Shown: piece by piece, positions 38,201-50,200 of the stretch
Position numbering within the stretch: the stretch's first letter is position 1
Layout of the letters: the number at the start of each line of letters is the position of its first letter
IMG/VR virus record: IMGVR_UViG_3300027708_000032
Coordinates: 32,001-96,000 of that record
Reading direction: 5' to 3' (one strand)
DNA: 64,000 nt
Source of the DNA: a virus
The notes under the pieces: model-generated
What the model saw: only the letters and a program-made list of their open reading frames with translations
Database searches by the model: none
Told to the model about the DNA's origin: nothing
Position numbers and translations under genes: made by a program

Positions 38201-41200
38201 TCATGTTTTTCCACTCTGACATAGCTGTCATATCTAGATCAGCAGGTGGAAGATTCTTAAGCTCACGTATTTTAGTAGCAATAGCTTTAAGAGTGGCAGC
38301 AGCATTTGGTACAACCATCTGACGGTAGTTATCAGGGTGACTAAGAATATTACCCATAAGTTCTATCAATCTATTCTGACGAGCCTTCTTGCTATTTTGT
38401 TCTTCTATAGGAAGTTCTTTAAACTCTTCTAAACTAGGTAATCCTCCTACACGAGCAAGCTCTTTTGTATACTCTAGTCTTTGTTCTTTAAGAGATTTTA
38501 AAAACTCATCTCTTGTTTTTTCCAGGTTATCTTCTTTCCAGTTTTCCCATTTACCAAGGGCATCATTAGCTCTATCAGCTAAAGAATTTAACTGTTCATC
38601 TGTCCAAGCATTTATCTGACCATATACATCTAACATAGCCTCATGATACTGGATCATCTGCATAAGTGTAGGAGCATATTTAGCATCAGAGTTAGCTTGA
38701 AGAAGACGTTCAGCCACTGCTTTATTTTCTGCTACAGATAATATACCCTCATCTTTTAAATCATAGAAGGGTTGTTTAATAGACAGAGGAAGAGTTTTAA
38801 ATAATTTAAGACCTTCAGCTTTATATCTACTTATGGTATCATCATTACTCTTGGTCTCATTAGCTATCTTAAATATTTCATTTTTAGCATTTTCATACTG
38901 ATCATCATATTGCTGTCTAGCGTTATTAAACTTTTTAAATATATCATCCTTGTTACTACCGTACTTTTCTTGAAGACTAGTTCTTTCACCTGAATATCTT
39001 TCAAGAGTTTTAACATAACTCTTAGTATCAGAGTCAACACTCTCATTAATAAAACGAGTGTATCTGTCTTCCACCTCAGCATCAGATGTGCTATACTCAA
39101 TGTATGTAGGCTTACCTGATTTCTTATCTATATAATAGTTAGCTAAGAATAAGTTTAGCTTATCTATATCAAAATCCGAACCAGCCTTAGCCACAATCTC
39201 AGAAGGAACAACAATCATGTCTCCCCATTGTGAGTCTAAGAAACCAGCTATTCTAATACTATCTATAGAGTTAAGAGCCTGTGTAGGAATACGGAAACCA
39301 ATAGCTTGAAGTAATCTTGGATCTAGTTCTGATAATTTAATTTCCTCACCTTCTTTGAATACATCTTTAAAAAAGTTAGGAACCAAAACTTCCATGTAAG
39401 GTTTCTCTTTCGTGTAGAAGTTAAGATCTGCAGAAACCATCTTAGCTGTTTTACGTTGAGCTTTTGTAAGTTCAGATCCTTTAACTGGAGCTACATACTT
39501 ACTATTCTCTTTGTACGTAAACATTCTATCACTAGTCTCAAACATTGTAGCAGGAACCTGAACAGCTGCTTTACCATGCATAGTCTGAGCAAGTATTCTA
39601 CTATCTACAATAGAGTTTAGAATGTTATCAAGCTTCTCACGTACAGGACTAGCATCAAATCTATACTGTACTCTTTGAACACCTGTATTAGCATCTGTCA
39701 TAACCTTGAGCATATCCAATACATTATCTGGAAGATCTCTACGTTCCATCTCGGACTTAAGAGTATCCATCATTCCGTTAAGATCATCTGTAATATACTC
39801 TTCACCCACCTGACGTAATCCTAAGTCTTTAAGAACACCTCTAAACTCAGTGGCTGTAAGACTATCTATTAATCTATTATACTCTTCTGCAAATGCTCTA
39901 AGTTCTGTATTATCTTTTGAAATATTACTAAGATTGATCTTTCTCATCTGACTACCAAAGATAGTGCTGTCTTTACTATACGCAGCCATCTCTACCTGGA
40001 AGCCATAATACTTAGTATACATCTCTTGTATAGGAGGAGCTTCTTGATTAAATGCACCGTTCTCATCATACAAAGGTTGTATAGTTCTTGTACCTTCTTC
40101 TTTAGTCTTTGATTTAGTAACAACACCCACTTTCTGTCCAGAAACAAAACCTACAATATCAACCTGATCTGTCTGAGCTTGTAAATACTTACCAAGCATA
40201 TTACGTTTATCAACCACTCTAGACCATACAAGAGGAACAACTGAATGCTTAAGCATACTTGTATGAGTTAAACCTTTAGTATTTTGATATCCAAACCCTT
40301 GAGGTTTTAACACTTGTAGTATAGCTTTAGGTTTTGGATTAGCCATTACAGCTTTAGCATTATCAATCTCATCTTGAGTGTATGTCTTAGCAAACCCTGG
40401 AACATCATACATAGGATGTTTAGGATTAGATCTATCTACTATTTCATTAGCATTTTCCCATTGAAGAAGAGAATCTTGTTCAGATAATAACTTACCACTT
40501 AAGAAGTGCATGTCTCTAAAGAAGTCAGGCATAATATAAGCACCACCATCAGCTTCACTAGCATTAATATATCCGTCTATCGTTGTACCTTTTCCACCTA
40601 CTATTTCACTTACAGTACCGTCATCATTAAACTCTGCACCTATAAGTTTCTCTATAAGTTTTTTATCTTTCTTAGTAATCTCTTTATTAGCACTTTCATA
40701 TGTAGCTTTCATACTAGCATATATCCCTTCTGCTATATTGTTTAAGTACACAGACACAGACTCAGGATCTTCATGAGTGACAAACCTAAATGTATTAGTA
40801 CGTTCTTTACCATCAAAACGTGACATATTACTATCCATCCAACCTAGATACTGAGAGTTCTCAGTGATAGCTTGCTTCTGAGAGTTAATACCTGATGAAC
40901 GTTTAGCAAGTTCTTTACCATACAATGCAGGGTGTCCAAACAAAAGTTTGTGCTGTTCAAACACTGCCATCTGTCTATTAGTTGTTATAAATGTAATCAG
41001 CTTCTTAAAATCACGAGCAGGTATAGCACCATCTTTATACGGAAACTTTTCACCTAAACCATCAAGCTGTTCTTTAGAAAACATATTAGTCTTGTAAATG
41101 TTTGCAACCCTATCATACTTAACTAATCCTAAATCCTGTAACCATTTAATATTTTCTTCAACTTTAGCATTAGCATAGTTTACTATTAGAGTTGTCACTA

Positions 41201-44200
41201 TATCACTATCTGCAAACTGTTCTTCTGATATTTTACCAGCCATGTAATCTGCAAATAACTTTTTAACTGTCTCATTGCTATCCACTTTAATGATCTCTCT
41301 GAAGTTACCAAGTTTAACAACATTATCAGAATAGTTCTTTATTTTATACTTAGTATTACCACTTTCAAATAGTGCTGTTCTAAGTTCATCTTTTAATCCT
41401 TCTTTGTATAGATCTACAATCTCTGGTGTCTCTGCAACAGAACCAAGCTTAACATCACCAAGCTTTATAAAGTGTCCAAAGTTTAAACCAAACTCACTAG
41501 ACTTATCTGAGTTGATGATTGTAAAATATGTACCATCTAAAATATGATATATCTCTTGTACCACTTTATCAGGGAACTCAAGTCTATCAGTACTTGTTCC
41601 TACGGACTCTGACTCACTAGAAATACCTAATATATATCGGTATTCAAACTTAGCATCTTTTAATTTCTTACCCGTACTATCAAACAAAGGACCATCCTTC
41701 TTAAGAAGATGTGAACCTACTACATATGGATTAAGTTTAACTTCTCCTGTTTTTAAATCTACCTGACCCAGGTGAGGATTAGATGCTATAAAGTCTGTAA
41801 GATTATCTACTGCTTTAAATGAGTTAGCTATATAACTCACTGCAGATGGTTGTGTAATACTATATTGTTGTTTACCTTCTGCGTTACGTGTAGATAGAAT
41901 AGTTTCATCTCCTGTAAACTTCTGCTCTACGGCAATCAGATTATTTATACGACCATTTACAATTTGTTTACCAAACAAGTCGTCAAAGGTTCTTATAGTA
42001 CCATCATCAAACTTAGCTTTAATAGCTGAGAAGTCTTTAGATATTTGACTAGCTCCTGCTTCTAATACCACTTCTTCATCTGTAGCACTAAATTCAAAAC
42101 CTAACTTTCTAAGACTATCTACCATTTGTAATGGACTAGTAACACTCATTATTTTAGCATACTGCTCTGATAAAGTATTAAATACTATCTCTGCATTAGC
42201 ATTGATGTAGATCATAGGACCCTTTTTAAAGTCCTCTTCTGAACTACCATAAAATTCTTTAGCGTTATATTTTATATTATTCTGCCAGTCTTCTCTAATA
42301 CGTCTAGCATTTGTAGAGTCAAGAGTATTATCAGAATATATAACACCGTTTTCTCCAACAATAAGTTTATGTGGGCTGTTTCTATTATTACTAAATGAAC
42401 TTTCAAAAGCTACTAACAATGCTACTTCATCTTTGTTAAGAGAAGTAATATCTCTTTTAGTACCATTTAAATCTTCATAGGCTAGTCTTCTTTTAAGACG
42501 AGCTATCCACTCATACCCCACTTTATATCTTCCGTTCTTTTTAAACCTGTTGTCTAACTTTTCAAACATCTGATCCAGTGCAGATACTTCTTCAAGTCTT
42601 TTGGTTTTAGGATTGTATTTAGTAACAGCCACTGTACTATGTAATTCATTATGTAAGAGGTTAAGCTTACGAGCATAGTCTTCTAGTATAGGTAGGCCAA
42701 GTTCATTACGTCTGTTAGTTGTAATACCATTATCACTATATTCATCAGAAGGTAAAGACGCAATAAGAAGTTTAACTTCTGCTTTGGTCATATCTCTAGG
42801 ATCAATAAACATAGCTTCTACAATACCCAATCTATCATTGCGTTCTATTTCCTCAGCAGCCATTGTTTCTTTAACCTCATCATCTATTTTGTTCTTTACA
42901 TCTTTAAACTCTAAACCAAACTGACTTATATATTTTTTAAATAGGTCTCTTACTTCTGTATTTATAGAGTTAACTGCTAGTAGCTGATTTAACATATCAG
43001 GAATAGATATCAACTGATTATTAATAGCTTCTTGATTAAAACCTAATTGGGATAGATGATTAGAAATAAAGTCTTTATTTTCATCAAACCTATCCATTAC
43101 ATTATTAGCAACACCAGCATATAACTGATTAAATAATAAAGGCTTGCTACCATCAAACAAAGCTTTAATATTATTTTCTCCTGCATATAAATCTATAAAG
43201 AACTGAGCAGCCATACCTTCCATTAACTTCTGTGTAAACTCTGCATTTGTACCTGTAAGAGTGGAACGGAATGCAGGCATCTGTGGCTGTACATTTTCTA
43301 CCTCTTTAGCATTAGCAAACTCACCTGCTGCTATCTTACGGAACATTTCATTTATAGCACTATTCTCAGGTTGTGCAGTTGTTATACCAAATGCTTCTTG
43401 TATATACTTCCAGATACTTTTAAAGAAGTTCAATATCTTACGAAACAATGTATTTCTTACTGGAGAGTTTTCTTTAACCACACCTTTATCACTTCTTATG
43501 TAAGGAATAAACTCTTCAGCCAACATTTCTTTTACATCGTATGCTGTAGCTTTAGAATGATCTTTAGTTTCTCCTGTAAAGATGTTTGTAAACTTACCTG
43601 GTCTATTTCTAAACTCTTCTATTAATTTCTCTTGGTCTTTAGCAGTAAGATAACTATTCCATACAGCTTCAAATGCTTCATGGAAACCTGTACCAGCTCC
43701 AGCATTCTGATAAATCTGTATTACACCTTTTATAAATTTACCCATAGCTCTACCATCAATAAGATCATTTGCTATTTCTAAATGAATCTGAGGAAGTATT
43801 CTAGCTAATGTTTTTTTAAACTCTTCTATGTTTTCTTTTTCTTTAACTAGTTGTTCTAAATATAGACGATGATGTCCATTATCAGAAGATGTAGTTTTAT
43901 TACGTGAGTTTAATAATTGTAATGCTGCTTGAGCTGCTGCAGTTATACTTGCAGGATCAGAAGCTTGTACTACTGGTTCTGTTTGTGTAGGCTTACCTTC
44001 TAAAGCAGCTAGTTTAAATACTTTATTTTCAAAATCTTTTCTATCAAAAGTCTCACTGAATTTTTCACCATCAGGATAAGTTACTTCAACTTCTACAGTA
44101 TCAGCTGTAGTACTTAAAACTTTAACTTTAGTTCCTTCATAAGATTCTTTTGAAGCAGCTTTATAATCAATAATAGGAGTTGCAGTTTCTCCTTTTGGAT

Positions 44201-47200
44201 GATCTACTGTAAGCTCTTTATTTTCTATTACATACTCAACTCCAATAACTTTAGTATCTATAGAAACAGGAGCTGTTTGTGTAGCAGTAGGAGTTTTATA
44301 TTTTTCAGATATAGCAGCTTGTAATATCGGTACACTATATAAACCACCAGGAACACTTCTAACATTTTTTGAAGGATCAACTGATGTAAGATTAAACTCT
44401 CCATTTCCAAAGTCACTAACTTTAGCTTGGATTATACTACCGTCCTCAGCAAATGCTGATACAATATCTCCATTCTTTAAGTTCTTAAGAGCCTCTAGTT
44501 CAGATTCTTTTGTAAGAGCAGTAGCTACAGGTTGTGCAGCTGTAGTTTGTTGAGCTGCTGCTTGTGGAGCTGCAGCACCTTCTGTACTTATAAGTGTATA
44601 TCTTTTTTTAAGTGCAGCAATTTCTTCATCAACTAGTTGTTTAATATCTGGTTTACTTATTTCACTATATCTTTCAATGTATCCTTTTAGAGGACCTGCA
44701 TAAAAATCATTTAGAAACTCTTCATCTTGAACAACTATTTTATTATATAGGTCATCATCATACTTTGCACCATTTGTACGTTCTACTTTAGTGACTACAA
44801 ACTTCTCACCGTTCCACTCAGCAAACACATTAAGCATACCTTGTTTGTCACCAGGTACACGACTAAACACAACAGTCTTTCCTTTTACTAATGGAACCTT
44901 TACTGGACTATCAAACACTTGGTTTGTTGTAGATGTTGTTTGAGTGGTAGTTACAGGAGCAGCCACAACAGCAGCAGGAGTAACACCCATTAACTTATCT
45001 AATGCTTCTTTAGCAGATTGTTCAGTGTTATAATGAATAGTGTTTCCTTTCCAGCTAAATGAATAACTTGGAAGTCCTGACTCAGGATCTATATCTTTTG
45101 CTATAGCAGGTCTTGTTGCAGCGAGAGTATTTGTTTGTGTAGTAGCAGGAGCTGGTTTCTGTCCAGCAGCTTCTTCTTTGGGACCTTGGAATTTTAAATA
45201 TACATTCTTAAGCTGTGGATCATTTATGTTTTCTACAGCACTGTATGGTACTATGTTAGTGTATACAACAGGAGTGTGACCTTTTACTTTATCTGTAAGA
45301 AGATATTCTAAGTAGTTATTAAACTTCTTATCTTCTACAATTTTACCATCTACCACTTTAGCTGTAGAGAACTTATCATTCTTACGCTTACCACTAAGCA
45401 TAGTGTTATTTACATTGTGGTACAGTCCGTTTAATATTTCATCTTTAGCTGCAGTGATAGCATCTAAGTTTAACTGACCATCCACTTCAAACATATATTC
45501 TTTACCACGTATAAAGAACAATCCTCCACTTATATAAAACTGATTCTTGCTTGCTGTCTCACCAGCGTCAAGCTGACTAAAGTGTACAAGCCCAGCTATA
45601 TAAGACATAGCTAAGTCATACTGGTTTGCTTCTTGATTAGTAAGCTGAGTGGTAAGTCTTACAAGTTGTTCAGATGTAATTTTTCCATCTGAAAATAGTT
45701 CATTAAGTTTTTCTTTACGCTCGTCTGACAAAGGATTTCTTCTTCCGTACATGGGAAGCATGGCTAACAAAACATTAAACAAGTTTTCTTTTTCTTGTTC
45801 TTCCATTTGTCTGTTATACACTTGAAATTCTGTATCAGACTTAGAACCGTTTTCTGCTTGTTTAGTTTTAATTATAACAAGTCTACCTGGTTTAATTCTT
45901 CTATTACCACTATTCTTATTTGTTACTACTTCTAACACTATCTTAGATCCATCAGGATGACGTAGATCAGAAAAGTTAGGATTGTTTTCTATTAGTCTTC
46001 CTTGTAATGAAAGCTCCTGTGGTTTGTTAGTAGCTACATCTAATGGTTCTCTTTTTTGTTTACCCTTAGACTTCTCCGTTACTTTAAGATGTACAGCTTC
46101 TTTGTTCTTAGTCTTGTTAAGAATATCTGCTCTGAATCCTCTGAACCTTTTAACTTCATTAAGTATTTCATCATCAGACATTCCTTTAGTAGTAAATGGT
46201 GATGATGCATCTTTAAGATAGTTAAGAACTTGTTCATCACTGCCTTCCATAATAGTTACATTATTAGGCATAGATGTATATACAATAGTATCCTTAGTAG
46301 GGTTGTCTAGTATCTTACCATCTACACCTACATACTGAAACTTATCACCAACCTTTTTTACAAGAACAAGTTTAATATCATCCTTAACAGCTACAGTTTT
46401 TCCAAACTCATCATAAGACTCTATAGTAATACCAAACTCATCGTTAGCTTTAGATACAGGCATGAAATAATATGTACCATCTAGTGCAACTGTTTCAGAA
46501 AATCTAAAGAACCTAGCAGCCTGAGGATTAGTAGGTGTAGGATCACTATCATTCCAGTAGTGTCTGTCTGCAGTTTTAAATAATCCACCTTCATTTAATA
46601 AAGGTTTATCTACATCACTAATAAATATCTTATCGTTCTCATCATCTGTTACCACTTCTTCATCACTCATGATATCACCAAACTCTGAAAACTCTTGAGC
46701 TGCTTGTTTGGTAATAGCAGTAACTCCCTTATTTGTTTGTGTAACAAGATTAATAGCAGCAGCTTTTTGAAACCCTTCTGTAATAGCTGCTTGTAAATCT
46801 TTTAAGAATTGTAAACGAGAGTTTAAATCTTTAAGTTCTATTATCTGTTCTTTAGCTAATGTCAGTCTATCAAGTTTGTCTTGAAGTTCTGCCATACGAT
46901 TTAAGATATCAGACATGTCTTCTTTAGCAAACTTATATTCTGTAAGAGCAGCTAAAGCTTGCATTACTTCTTTAGACATCACTTGATTAATGATAGCTTC
47001 CCCAGGTTCTATGAGAGACTTAAGATTTTTCTTTATACCTCCTATGAGTGTATTTATCAGATCTATCTTTTCATAGTCAGGATTATCTTTCTGTTCTTCT
47101 TGATTTCTTAGAGCAACAAGGTTTTTAGATAGTCTACCTAAAGACTTATCACTCATATTGTCTGTTCTAAAAATGGTGTTAATAAGATCATCATACTTTA

Positions 47201-50200
47201 CAAAACGAGAAAGAAGTTTCTCCATCATCTTGATAGAGTCATAAACTATATTTAGTTTTTGTGTAAGAGCTTCTTGTTCTATTTCTACACCAAGAATAAC
47301 ATCATCTAATTTTTCTTCAGGTACTCTTGTACGTAATTGATTACCTTCTGCTTCATTTACAGCTTCTTGTTGTTCACCGTATATAGTTCCACTCTCATCT
47401 CTTAAGAATGGTTCTTTATTAGTTTCTAATTCAGCAAGACCTTCTGTATATACTTTCTTAGCTTCTTTTAAAGCTTCAAGTTCTTTTGTTACATCTGCTT
47501 TCTCTTGTTCAAGTTTAGCAGCTAGTTCTTTAGCAGCTTCTATCTTTCCAGGAAACTGAGCTATGATTTGGTTGTATTCTGTTCTTGCAGCATTAGCAAG
47601 CTTAGAACGTTTGGTTCTAAGGTCTGCAATATTTTCTTCAGCTATCTGAAGGATAACTTGCATGTCTTCTACACTCTGTCTAAGATCAGCTATTTGCTTA
47701 TCTATTTCTTCAGATCTCTTCTGACGTAAACCAACTTTGTTTTCTTGCTCCTGGATTAAAAACTTAAGAGCATCCAACTGCTGTTGATAAACTAAAGCCA
47801 CTCTTTGTTTACGAGCTAGCTCTTGAGCTTCAGCAACTGTAGGAAGAACATTTAATTCTAATGCAGCTTTACCACTAGCATCTTTCTGAGCATACTTTTT
47901 ATAATATGCCATGTTAAAATCTACACTGGTTTCTTTATTTGTAACAGGATTGGTGTATTTAAGTTTCAACACCCACTTGTCATTTTCTTTTACAAGATCT
48001 AGTCTAGCAGAAATAGTAATACTATTATTAGTATAATCTCTCTTAGCATGAACACCTGTTATGTTATGAAGTGTACCTGTAGTTTTACTAACATTTATTC
48101 TTAATATCTTATCTCTGTTTTCAAAATATATTTTTTGATCAGGTGTTAGTTTAGTAAAGTTTGTAATTTTACCAGCAAGTTCTGCAAACTCTTCCATCTG
48201 ATATGTTACAGATTCTGGATCATTGTTTACAGTGATGGTCACTGTATTACCTTCAACATCTATTTTATTAATTTTAATAATATCCTGATCATACGTAGTG
48301 TATATCTTTTTATCCTTACCCACTCTTTTTGTAGGAGTGGACTCTGTAATAAACTTATTACCTTCTATTAGTTCTACATCACTTTCTACACCATTCTTAT
48401 CTTTCACTTTAATAGTAACTCTTGTAGCATTTGGATTCTCAGCTTGTACTGTAGTAGCAACAGCTGCTGCTTCTCCTGTAAGACCTTTATCAGCTTCTGT
48501 TTTAGCTTTACGAGCTTCATCTATTGTATCAAACACTTCTATAAGAGATCCATCTGGATTATATAAAGCATGTACATCGTGTATACTAAGAATAAATGTT
48601 TTACCATCACCGATAGTTTTCTTAACATGTTCAGCACCAGCCATGCCAAGAAGTTCCATGTATGCTTTACTAGCTCCCATAGTCATTCTTTCATGAAGCT
48701 TCATAAAGTTCTCAGGATTGCTAAGCATGTTTATAGCTTCTACGTGAGAGTTATGCTTTTCATGTAGTTTTATATAATCTATAAAGTCTAAGAAATGATC
48801 TTCTGTATCTTGTTTATCTACAGATAACTCTCTACCGTTTTGTTTATTCTTAGATGCTAAGTATCCTGCAAAAGCTCTGTAAGATTTATCTACAACAGCT
48901 TCATTAAGAAGCTCACCTTTAGATGCTTTCCAGTCATTGATATGTTTAAGCTGTTCTTCTTTTATAGCAAGACTATCTTCAAGTTTTTGTCTGTCTTCTT
49001 TAGTAAGACCTTCTAACTTTAATTGTTCTTTGTTAAGTTTAATCTCTGCCGTTAGTACACCAACCTCAGCAGTCATGTTCGTTTCTGATCCCATGATATG
49101 GAATGCATCTGCAAGAGAAGCTCCTAAGTTTTTGTTAGATGAAACTTTACGGAATATGTTTGTAATACGATCAAGAGCATCTGTAGCTTTAAATTCATTA
49201 CTAGCCAAATGTTCTATCATATCATCTAGAACTTTCTTTTTTATTAGCTCATTCATGAAAGCTTTGGTTCCAGGTTTAAATCTGTTAGGGTTAAATTTAT
49301 TACCATAACGTTCCTGAAGTTTATTCCATGTCTTAGTATAAGAGTCTATAGCTCCTACCACTTTATCTGTGTAGTCTTCTACAGTCTTTTTATTTTCACT
49401 TGTATACTCTGCACCAACAAAAGCTTTTTCAAACTCTTCTTTGGTCATATGTTTACCATAAGAAGTAAGAGTATCTTTTAATCCTTCATAAGTATTATTA
49501 CGTATAGATGCAGCTATCATTTTATCAAGCATAGCTGTACGTATATTTTCATACACAAACTTATCTTGATTTTTAGCAGCAGCTTCTAAAGCAGTGGATC
49601 CTTCCTTTTGGAAGTTAAGATTTTTTACAGCTTCTTGGAATGCTGCAGATGGATCTTTAGCAAATGCATTAAACTCTGCATAGTGTTTACCAGCTGCTCC
49701 TTTTTGTGTTTCTTTATTTTTAAAGTATTCTGTCTTTTGTTCTGCAGTCATGCCAGAAGTTTTCTGCATGTCTGTTATCTTTTCACTACCATACTTTAAA
49801 GCTCTACCACCTAATGCAGTGGGACCATGTAATATAAGTCCTGTAAGAGCACCAGACATAAATGTCTTAACGCCCTGCATGTTAAGCTGTGATGCTACTG
49901 CTCTTTTAAAACTATCTCCTTCTGGTTGATAGTCAGGGTTAATAGATACGTTGTATGCATTACGATAGTAGTCTTGGAAGTATACATTAGAACCTTCTTG
50001 TAAAAGTTCTTGTATACCTTCAGTTATTTCCATCTTAGCCATACTTTTAAGAAGAGAAATACCAGCTACTTCAAATGCTTTTGCTTTTCCAAAATCAGCC
50101 GCTACTTTTTTAAATGCTCCTACACCACCTAATATTCCTGTTTCATAATAATGAGGAACAAGTTTATCAGTACCATTTAACCTACCTACCACTTTAATCC

